From Chloroflexota bacterium (lineage in GTDB: Bacteria; Chloroflexota; UBA11872; VXOZ01): 64,000 nt of DNA. Positions within the stretch are counted from its first letter, which is position 1. Each line of letters begins with the position of its first letter. Both the position numbers and the translations under genes were made by a program. The stretch spans positions 672,001 to 736,000 of the forward strand of contig OY760183.1 of NCBI GenBank assembly GCA_963663275.1, read 5' to 3'. Positions 1 to 6,808 of this stretch are shown here, in pieces. The notes below the pieces were generated by a model, which saw nothing but the letters and a program-made list of their open reading frames with translations, made no database searches and was not told the DNA's origin.

Positions 1-1113
1 TATCTCCACACGGCCGGCATCGGGATGAACGCCCGGCCGGTGCTGGATGAAGTGACGGGCCGCTGGCAGTTCTTCTTTCAGAACGGCCCGTGGCTGCAGA
101 GCCGCCGCGACGAGCGCTTTCTGCACAAGCAACGCACGCGCGAGGCCTTGGCGCGCTTCTTCAACGTGCCCGCCGCTACGATTACGATGATGAACAACGT
201 CTCCAACACCATCAGCATGGTGGTTTCCGGCCTGCCGCTGGCCCCGGGCGACGAGATCATCACCAGCAATGAGGAGGACGACGCGCTCTGGCTGCCGCTC
301 TACAACATCGCGCGCAAACGCTACGGCGCGGTGGTCCGCCACATGCCGGTGGCTGCGACGCCGGCGGAGAATCTGGCCAATTTCACGGCGCTGCTCTCGC
401 CCCGCACCAAGCTGGTCGCCCTGAGCCACGTGACGCAGGATCGGGGCACGGAACTGCCGGTGGCGGAGATGACCCGCCTGGCCCGCGAACAGGGCGCGTT
501 CGTCTACCTGGACGGCGGCCAAGCCGTGGGCCAACTCGCGGTGGACGTCAGCGCCATCGACCCGGACTTCTACGCCGTGCTGGGCTACAAGTGGATGCTG
601 GGCCCCTACGGCAGCGGCTGCTTCTACGTGGCCGAACGGATGCGCGACGTGCTGGAAATGTCGTGGACCGGCAGCCACGTGGCGCGGCATATCGACTTCG
701 ATACCGGCGCGATCGACTGGGAGGACTATCCCCGGCGGCTGGAATGGGGCTCGGTGAACTTTCCCACTATGGCGGGCCTGGGCGCGGCCGTGGAGTATCT
801 GGAAGGGCACGGCATCGCGGCCATCGAGGAGCGCGGCAAACGCCTCTCACGGTGGCTGCGCGCCGAATTGCTGAAGCAACCGAAGGTAGTCTGCTACGAG
901 CCGGAACACCCGCAGGCCCATACGTCGATCGTGGCCTACGGCGTGAAAGGCGTAACGGGCGCCGACCTGGCCGCCTACCTGCACGAGAACGAGGTCTGGT
1001 GCCGCGCGCTGATGCACGACGGCATGGAGGGCGTGCGCCTCTGCACGGCCTTCATCAATAGCGAGGAAGAGATAGAGCGCGCGATTGAGATCATGGCCGC
1101 CATGCCGCGCTGA
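1..1113 (+). CDS. Class V PLP-dependent aminotransferase (cysteine desulfurase/isopenicillin-N epimerase-like), 5' end outside the window
   Basis: Frame open from base 1 (YLHTAGIG...). Motifs TKLVALSHVT, YLDGGQAVG and GYKWMLGPYGSG (PLP lysine). Confidence 0.85.
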   Translation, partial: YLHTAGIGMNARPVLDEVTGRWQFFFQNGPWLQSRRDERFLHKQRTREALARFFNVPAATITMMNNVSNTISMVVSGLPLAPGDEIITSNEEDDALWLPLYNIARKRYGAVVRHMPVAATPAENLANFTALLSPRTKLVALSHVTQDRGTELPVAEMTRLAREQGAFVYLDGGQAVGQLAVDVSAIDPDFYAVLGYKWMLGPYGSGCFYVAERMRDVLEMSWTGSHVARHIDFDTGAIDWEDYPRRLEWGSVNFPTMAGLGAAVEYLEGHGIAAIEERGKRLSRWLRAELLKQPKVVCYEPEHPQAHTSIVAYGVKGVTGADLAAYLHENEVWCRALMHDGMEGVRLCTAFINSEEEIERAIEIMAAMPR

Positions 1114-1127
1114 GGGCGGCGGAGATT

Positions 1128-1160
1128 CCCTCTCCCTGGGGAGAGGGTTAGGGTGAGGGG
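1128..1160. repeat. Family F palindromic repeat (CCCTCTCCC-N-GGGAGAGGG-YYRGGGTGAGGG)
   Basis: Hairpin repeat. Other copies at about 12041, 12136, 12305, 44508, 50931 and 61758; copies interrupted by insertions at 16833, 55198, 61541 and 62572. Confidence 0.85.
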
Positions 1161-1227
1161 AGAATCCTGCCGTCGCGCCTATTGGTGGAAGCGAGGCGAT
1201 TGCATTGATCGTCTCACGTCACTCTGG

Positions 1228-1251
1228 GCGCAGGTTACAAACCTGCGCTAC
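1228..1251 (-). repeat. Family E GTAG-type REP (GTAGCGCAGGTTTGTAACCTGCGC)
   Basis: GTAG followed by a hairpin. Related copies at 19439-19462, 43522-43544 and 45050-45072, with longer-loop versions inside the 177-bp element. Confidence 0.8.
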
Positions 1252-1287
1252 CGGAAAAAGGTGTCGTCTGAGAGCGCCTTGATCGCT

Positions 1288-1362
1288 GTAGCGCGGGGGC
1301 TTGTCCCCCGCCGGATTGTCCGCTCTTTACGCCAAGAAGCGGGGGACAAGCCCCCGCGCTAC
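1288..1362. repeat. Inverted doublet (REPIN-like) of family C REP, GTAGCGCGGGGGCTTGTCCCCCGC
   Basis: 1288-1311 and its exact reverse complement 1339-1362, separated by 27 bp. More family C copies at 17148, 17200, 17243, 43455, 43583, 48373, 48407, 48565 and 49989. Confidence 0.9.
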
Positions 1363-1514
1363 GGTAGTACGACAGCGTTGGGGGCAAATTCCCGTGCTAC
1401 GTTAGTATGACAACGTTGAGGACAAGCTCCCGCGCTACGGTAGTACGACAGCGTTGGGGGCAAATTCCCGCGCTACGTTAATGCGACAGCGTTGAGGACA
1501 AGCCCCCACGCTAC
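1363..1514. repeat. Four 38-bp tandem units in A-B-A-B order (177-bp element end plus family C remainder)
   Basis: Units start at 1363, 1401, 1439 and 1477. Each is an 18-bp GTTAATGCGACAGCGTTG-like segment plus a 20-bp RGGACAAGCCCCCGCGCTAC-like segment. Confidence 0.85.
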
Positions 1515-1540
1515 GTTCCGACTTGGACGTCATTGCGCGT

Positions 1541-1568
1541 GTAGGGGCGGTTCGCGAACCGCCCCTAC
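1541..1568. repeat. Family B REP, perfect 28-bp palindrome GTAGGGGCGGTTCGCGAACCGCCCCTAC
   Basis: Identical copies at 3499-3526 and 48335-48362. This copy supplies the TAG stop of the minus-strand gene ending at 1565. Confidence 0.95.
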
Positions 1569-2893
1569 GTTTCATGCGGCCAGATGCGCACCGTGCCGTA
1601 GCGCCCATCGAACCCCGGTTCCACCACAATGTCGCCGCCGCGCATACGCCCGACGCCATCGGCAATGCGTTCGCCGGCCGCTTCCGCGATCGCGGTCAAA
1701 GGCGTTTCCAGCAGCACGTCGAGTTCCGCGCCGAGGGTGTCGGTCAGGCTCGTGTAGGCGCGGGCGACGGTCTTGGTGCGCTCGCCCACGCCGAGGGCTT
1801 CGGCCAGGATCTGCGCCAGCGGGACCACGCGCTTGAAGGGTGGGCGTCCATCCGTCCCATGCAGAAAACCTTGCTCATTAGCTATCACAAAAGATTCCGG
1901 ACGGGTGGCTAGCGCCTCCACGCGCTCCAACACACCCACCGTGAGCGCGCGGCCGCAGACGGGGCACGTCGTACCGCGCGCTTGCGTCTCCGCCGGCAGG
2001 TAGCGCACGTTGCAGGCGCGGTGCCCGGTGGCGTGGTACTTGCCCTCCTCCGGATAGTATTCCAGCGTGTAGGCGATGCGTTCCGCTCTGAGGGCCGCGG
2101 TAAGCCCGTCGAACGTCAGCGGCCCCTGGAAGGCGGTCACCTCGCGCCCCAGATTCCGCAGCGAATGCGCGTCTGAGAACGAGACGATGCTGCGCCCGTC
2201 GGCGTCCGGCACGCGCCAATTCATCGCCGGATCGCTGGATAAGCCCGTTTCCAGAGCGGGAATCGCTGGTGCCAGGCCGCCAAAGCACTCTTCCAGCGAA
2301 TCGAAACCGGACTTGGAGCCAAAGAGCGCGTACCACGGCGTCCAGGCGTGGGCCGGAATGATGAGGCTGCGCGGGTCTATCTCGAGAATCGCGGCCGCTA
2401 GTTCCCGCGCGTGCAGGGCGATGAGCGGACGCCCGTCCCCGGCCAGCTTTGCGCCGGCGCGCTCCAGGAAGCGGCAGAGCTTTTCGACCGCCGCGAAACC
2501 CGGCACGTACACCAGCAGATGCATGCGGCGGCCTCTACCCGCGTGCTTGAAGACGCAGGAAAGTTCCGTGCCCAGGATGAAGCGGACGCCCCCGTAGCTG
2601 AAGAGGTCGCCCGCGGCGGGTTGCAGCGTCTCTCGCAGGTGGGCGCGCCAGGCCGGATGGGTGAAGTCGGCGGCGGCCAGCAGTTGGATGCCTTTTCGCC
2701 GCGCCCACTGCGCCAGCGCGGGAACGGTGATGTCGTTCGCCGTGCCCTGGGCATACGACGAGTGCAGGTGCAGGTCGGCCCGGTAGCTTGCCGGCTGGGA
2801 TTCAGCGTTGCGCGTGTCTGCGGCGGTGTCCGGCGCGTACTGCGCAAACCGGGAGTCTTGGCGCAATGGTGTCGGCGGCGCGTCACGCGCCAT
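1565..2893 (-). CDS. Endonuclease Q family (YqxK-like PHP-domain) DNA repair protein
   Basis: Motifs ADLHLHSSYA, IIPAHAWTPW, ETGLSSDPAMNWR, SFSDAHS, EEGKYHATGHRAC and the zinc knuckle CPVCG...GVLERV. Confidence 0.85.
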   Translation of the reverse strand: MARDAPPTPLRQDSRFAQYAPDTAADTRNAESQPASYRADLHLHSSYAQGTANDITVPALAQWARRKGIQLLAAADFTHPAWRAHLRETLQPAAGDLFSYGGVRFILGTELSCVFKHAGRGRRMHLLVYVPGFAAVEKLCRFLERAGAKLAGDGRPLIALHARELAAAILEIDPRSLIIPAHAWTPWYALFGSKSGFDSLEECFGGLAPAIPALETGLSSDPAMNWRVPDADGRSIVSFSDAHSLRNLGREVTAFQGPLTFDGLTAALRAERIAYTLEYYPEEGKYHATGHRACNVRYLPAETQARGTTCPVCGRALTVGVLERVEALATRPESFVIANEQGFLHGTDGRPPFKRVVPLAQILAEALGVGERTKTVARAYTSLTDTLGAELDVLLETPLTAIAEAAGERIADGVGRMRGGDIVVEPGFDGRYGTVRIWPHET

Positions 2894-2928
2894 AGTATCC
2901 TGACTCGCTCGTCATGGGTTGTTTGGCG

Positions 2929-3417
2929 TTACTGTTGGCTTTCCTGCGCGGCTAGCTCGGCGCGAATGAACAGGTAGGCTTGCAGACAGGCCAGTTCGGG
3001 CGTTTCCGCCACCACGTCCGCGATGCGGCGGCTCACCTCGTCGAAGCAGATGCAGGCAAAGTCGCCCTGATAGCAATCCAGGACGGTGTGCGGCGAGACC
3101 GCGTTCAGCAACGCCAGGAGTTGGTCGAGACGCGGCAGCCAGCAGACGGTACGCGCGGTAGTGAGGGCGTCAGCGTTTGCCGCCTGGGCCTCATCGAGAA
3201 GACGCGGGGCGTCGTCCTGCAACGTCCAATCGCCGGCGGCCGGCTGCCAGTGCGCGGCCAACTCTCTGCGCGCCGCGCGGCAGCGTTGCACGTAGGCCGG
3301 TGGAAATGGTTGGAGATTGTGCGGTTCGGCTTCGGGCGTCACGACACTGCGCCGCTCCACGCGCGGTAAATGCGGAGTATTGGACTGCTGCCGAGGCGGC
3401 GCTACCCAGTGTATCAT
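2929..3417 (-). CDS. Hypothetical protein (true start possibly near 3345)
   Basis: Plausible composition, co-directional with the EndoQ gene. No family recognised. Confidence 0.55.
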   Translation of the reverse strand: MIHWVAPPRQQSNTPHLPRVERRSVVTPEAEPHNLQPFPPAYVQRCRAARRELAAHWQPAAGDWTLQDDAPRLLDEAQAANADALTTARTVCWLPRLDQLLALLNAVSPHTVLDCYQGDFACICFDEVSRRIADVVAETPELACLQAYLFIRAELAAQESQQ

Positions 3418-3498
3418 GGAGAGGACGGACGATGACGGGCCGGCTGCGGTCTGATTTCATGATAGTCACGGCGCAGGCCGCAAACCGGGACCGCGGCG

Positions 3499-3526
3499 GT
3501 AGGGGCGGTTCGCGAACCGCCCCTAC
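3499..3526. repeat. Family B REP followed by a family D remnant (GCGGGAATGACGGA)
   Basis: Perfect palindrome. Its flank GCGGATGGAT appears as the reverse complement at the 48335 copy. Confidence 0.9.
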
Positions 3527-3597
3527 GCGGATGGATTTGCGGGAATGACGGACTCGCTGTGGTCTATTCTCTATGGTAATGACGATGGGATAACACC

Positions 3598-4926
3598 ATG
3601 AACAGCAACTCAGACGCGCTCGTTTCGGAGCGTTGGCAGACGTGGGTGAAGGTGGGCGCGCTCGCGCTGGCGGTTGCGCTTTGCCTTTTTCTCGTGAGCG
3701 CCTGCGGCGGTGACGACGAACCGGAACCGCCCGTGCCCACGCCCATTATCGCCACGGCCGTCCCCGCGCCAACGGCAGCCGCGACGGCGCCGGAGCCGGC
3801 GGCCAAGCCCGCGCCCACCGCGGCGCCCGCGTCCACCGTTACCACGCCCGTGCCGCCCGCGGCAGGCGCGTACGGTCTTGAGCAAGTTGGTACGGGTTTC
3901 GCGCGTCCGCTCTACCTCACCTACGCGCCCGGCGACACCGCCGATAGGCTCTTCATCGTGGAACAGAACGGCACGATCGCCATTCTCAGAGACGGTCGCC
4001 GCCAGGAGCCGCTCTTCCTCGACATACGCTCGCGCGTCGGCGCCAGCGCCAACGAGCAGGGCCTCCTCAGCATGGCGTTCGACCCCGACTACGCGGCCAA
4101 AGGTATCTTCTACGTCTACTACACCGACAAGGGCGGGAGCACGGTGGTGGCTCGCTACCGCGTCTCCGCTGGCAACCCGGACGTGGCGGCCGTTGACAGC
4201 GAAGAGGTGCTGCTGCGGGTCGGCCAGCCTTACGGCAATCACAACGGCGGCCAGATCAAGTTCGGCCCGGACGGCTATCTCTACGCCGCCCTGGGTGACG
4301 GCGGCTCCGGCGGCGACCCGCTCGGCCACGGGCAGAACCTGGGCACGCTGCTGGGCACGCTGCTGCGCATCGACGTGCGTACCGGCGGCGCTTACGTTGT
4401 GCCCGCGGATAATCCGTTTGTGGGGCAGGAGGGCGCGCGGCCGGAAATCTGGGCCTGGGGCCTGCGCAACGCCTGGCGCTTCTCCTTCGACCGCGCTACC
4501 GGCGATATCTTCATCGCCGACGTGGGACAGAACAAGTGGGAAGAGGTGCACTTCCAGCCGGCCGCCAGCGCCGGCGGCGAGAACTACGGCTGGAACCGCT
4601 TCGAGGGCAACGAACCCTACGGCCGCGGCGGTTCGCGTGAAGGGATGGTCTTCCCGATTGCGGTCTATGGCCGCAGCGAGGGCTGCTCGGTGACCGGCGG
4701 CTACGTCTATCGCGGCCAAAACCTGCCGGACCTCGCCGGCAACTACATCTTCGGCGACTACTGCTCCGGCATCGTCTGGACGCTCACCCCCCAGGCCAAC
4801 GGCGCGTGGCTGCGCACCGTGCTCCTGCAAGCGCCTTCGGAAATCACCTCCTTCGGCGAGGACGCCGCGGGCGAGGTGTACGTGATCATCCGCAACGGCA
4901 CGATCTACCGTATCACAGGGTCGTAG
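3598..4926 (+). CDS. PQQ-dependent glucose/sorbosone dehydrogenase family lipoprotein
   Basis: Lipobox LVSAC and a Pro/Ala linker. Motifs EQGLLSMAFDP, NHNGGQIKFGPDGYLY, GLRNAWRFSFD and SVTGGYVYRG. Confidence 0.9.
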   Translation: MNSNSDALVSERWQTWVKVGALALAVALCLFLVSACGGDDEPEPPVPTPIIATAVPAPTAAATAPEPAAKPAPTAAPASTVTTPVPPAAGAYGLEQVGTGFARPLYLTYAPGDTADRLFIVEQNGTIAILRDGRRQEPLFLDIRSRVGASANEQGLLSMAFDPDYAAKGIFYVYYTDKGGSTVVARYRVSAGNPDVAAVDSEEVLLRVGQPYGNHNGGQIKFGPDGYLYAALGDGGSGGDPLGHGQNLGTLLGTLLRIDVRTGGAYVVPADNPFVGQEGARPEIWAWGLRNAWRFSFDRATGDIFIADVGQNKWEEVHFQPAASAGGENYGWNRFEGNEPYGRGGSREGMVFPIAVYGRSEGCSVTGGYVYRGQNLPDLAGNYIFGDYCSGIVWTLTPQANGAWLRTVLLQAPSEITSFGEDAAGEVYVIIRNGTIYRITGS

Positions 4927-5187
4927 GGGCACGACACGTCGTGCCTCTACGGCGCGACACCGTTTATCATTGGGCGAGGACGCCGCGGGCGAGGTGTACG
5001 TGATCATCCGCAACGGCACGATCTACCGTATCACAGGGTCGTAGGGGCACGACACGTCGTGCCTCTACGGCGCGACACCGTTTATCATTGGGCGAGGAAG
5101 CCGCTGGCGAGGTGTACGTGATCATCCGCAACGGCACGATCTACCGCATCACAGGGTCGTAGGGGCACGACATGTCGTGCCCCTACG
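4855..5187 (+). repeat. About 2.8 tandem copies of a 118-bp unit: 68 bp gene 3' end + 28 bp family A REP + 22 bp flank
   Basis: Units start at 4855, 4973 and 5091. REPs are at 4923, 5041 and 5159. Confidence 0.95.
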
Positions 5188-5229
5188 ACCGCGCGAAAGC
5201 GTTCAGCGCACGTGGGTGGAGCATTCACT

Positions 5230-6468
5230 GTGACTACTCTCGACAATGAAGACCTAATGCAGTTGTTGCGCGCCGGTGAATCAGACCGCGTGGAGTTCAG
5301 GGAGTCCCTGCGCGGCGACGCGCCTGATCGTACCCGCCAGGCCATCTGCGCTTTTGCCAACGACCTGCCGGACCACCGCCAGCCGGGGGTCATCTTCGTG
5401 GGCGTGCGGGATGATGGGACTGCCGCGGGCCTGCCGGTGACGGATGAGCTACTCCGGCAACTGGCGGACATGAAAACCGACGGCAACATTCTACCGCCGC
5501 CCACGATGACCGTGGAGAAGCGCGCGTTGTGCGGAGCGGACATTGCCGTAATCACGGTGCAGCCGTCGGATTCGCCGCCGGTGCGCTACAGAGGCAGAAG
5601 TCACATCCGCACCGGCTCCCGGCGCGGAGTCGCGACCGCGCAGGACGAGCGCATTCTCAACGAGAAACGCCGCTACAGGGACATTCCATACGACGCGTAC
5701 CCGATCCCCTCCGCCTCTTTGAACGAGCTTAACCTGGCGTACTTTACGTACGAGTACTTGCCGCGGGCCTTTGCGCCGGAAATCTTGGAAGCCAACGAAC
5801 GCACCCTGCTCGAGCAACTTGCCGCGACCAAGATGATTGCCGCCGTCGATGAACCGGTTCCTACCGTATTGGGAATGCTCGTCTTGGGAAAACGGACGCT
5901 CTATTACTTGCCGGGGGCGTATATTCAGTTCCTACGCATCGCGGGCAACGATGTGACAGGCTCCATATCTGATGAACTGGCAATCAGCGGCACGGTTACG
6001 GACGTGCTGCGCCGACTCGACGATAAGCTGAACAGCCATAACCGCACGGCGGTTGACATTACCTCGGGTCCCGTCGAGCGGCGCACAAGCACCTACCCGG
6101 TTGAGGCAATCCAACAGATCGCGCGCAACGCGGTCATGCACCGCTCGTACGAGGGAAACAATGCTCCCGTGCGGGTCTACTGGTACGACGACCGCATCGA
6201 AGTCATGAGTCCGGGGGGAGTGTTTGGCGCGGTAACCGTAGAAAATTTCGGCCGGCCGGGCCTGACCGCCTACCGCAATCCTAATCTGGCGGAGGCAATG
6301 CGGAACGTGGAACTGGTGCAGCGTTTCGGTCTGGGCATACCCTTGGCCGAGAGATTGCTGCGTGAAGCCGGGCACCCCGCGCTTCAATTCGACGTAGACG
6401 CGCACAACGTCATCGTGACGATACGCGCGCGTGAAGGCGAACATGGATTCCCGCCTGCGCGGGAATGA
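5230..6468 (+). CDS. AlbA_2 (Schlafen-like) domain + RecG C-terminal/HATPase_c_4 domain protein
   Basis: N-terminal GESDRVEFRES...ICAFAND...GVIFVGVRDDG. C-terminal NAVMHRSY...RIEVMSPGG...YRNPNLAEAM. GTG at 5230 follows GGAG; the ORF track start is 5212. Confidence 0.85.
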   Translation: MTTLDNEDLMQLLRAGESDRVEFRESLRGDAPDRTRQAICAFANDLPDHRQPGVIFVGVRDDGTAAGLPVTDELLRQLADMKTDGNILPPPTMTVEKRALCGADIAVITVQPSDSPPVRYRGRSHIRTGSRRGVATAQDERILNEKRRYRDIPYDAYPIPSASLNELNLAYFTYEYLPRAFAPEILEANERTLLEQLAATKMIAAVDEPVPTVLGMLVLGKRTLYYLPGAYIQFLRIAGNDVTGSISDELAISGTVTDVLRRLDDKLNSHNRTAVDITSGPVERRTSTYPVEAIQQIARNAVMHRSYEGNNAPVRVYWYDDRIEVMSPGGVFGAVTVENFGRPGLTAYRNPNLAEAMRNVELVQRFGLGIPLAERLLREAGHPALQFDVDAHNVIVTIRAREGEHGFPPARE

Positions 6469-6469
6469 C
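6444..6469 (-). repeat. Family D repeat (GTCATTCCCGCGCAGGCGGGAATCCA type) supplying the TGA stop of the AlbA gene
   Basis: Sequence TGGATTCCCGCCTGCGCGGGAATGAC, followed by a decayed 24-bp tandem copy. Confidence 0.8.
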
Positions 6470-6520
6470 GATGCCCGGCCTGCGCGGGAGTGACGTTGCC
6501 CGGCTTGCTGACTTCTGGGC

Positions 6521-6548
6521 GTAGGGGCACGACATGTCGTGCCCCTAC
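6521..6548. repeat. Family A REP GTAGGGGCACGACATGTCGTGCCCCTAC
   Basis: Perfect 28-bp palindrome. Eleven copies in the window: 4923, 5041, 5159, 6521, 9805, 10170, 10535, 29963, 37699, 49901, 61877. Confidence 0.95.
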
Positions 6549-6549
6549 G

Positions 6550-6689
6550 GAAACCATCGCAAAACTGCGTCATTCCGGCGAAAGCCGGAATCCAGACCGC
6601 ATGTACAACTAAAGATAGCGTGCGGTCAAGCCTTGTCATCCCTATCCCAACCTTTTTCCTCAATGGGGAAGGGGTTATGCAAAGGTCTC
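6550..6689 (+). mobile_element. 140-bp MITE (GAGACCTTTGCATAAC-type ends), target-site duplication CTACG
   Basis: Same length and interior as the copies at 16846, 29992, 32133 and 62587. CTACG at 6545-6549 and 6690-6694. Confidence 0.85.
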
Positions 6690-6808
6690 CTACGGGGTTA
6701 TTCCGTCTGTTCGCTTCCCGCTTGTCTCTCGCCTTCACCGGCGCGTACAATGCACCCTAACGATGCGTTGAAACCTCGCCTGTGCAATCCCTCTTGGAGG
6801 CTCCTGTG

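Noticed and set aside
1363-1514. CRISPR-like mini-array
   Set aside because: The whole 38-bp unit repeats, and both parts derive from elements identified elsewhere in the window.
4855-5187. CRISPR array (28-bp palindromic repeat at regular spacing)
   Set aside because: The intervening 90-bp segments are near-identical copies of the adjacent gene end rather than unique spacers. No cas genes are present, and the repeat is dispersed as a REP.
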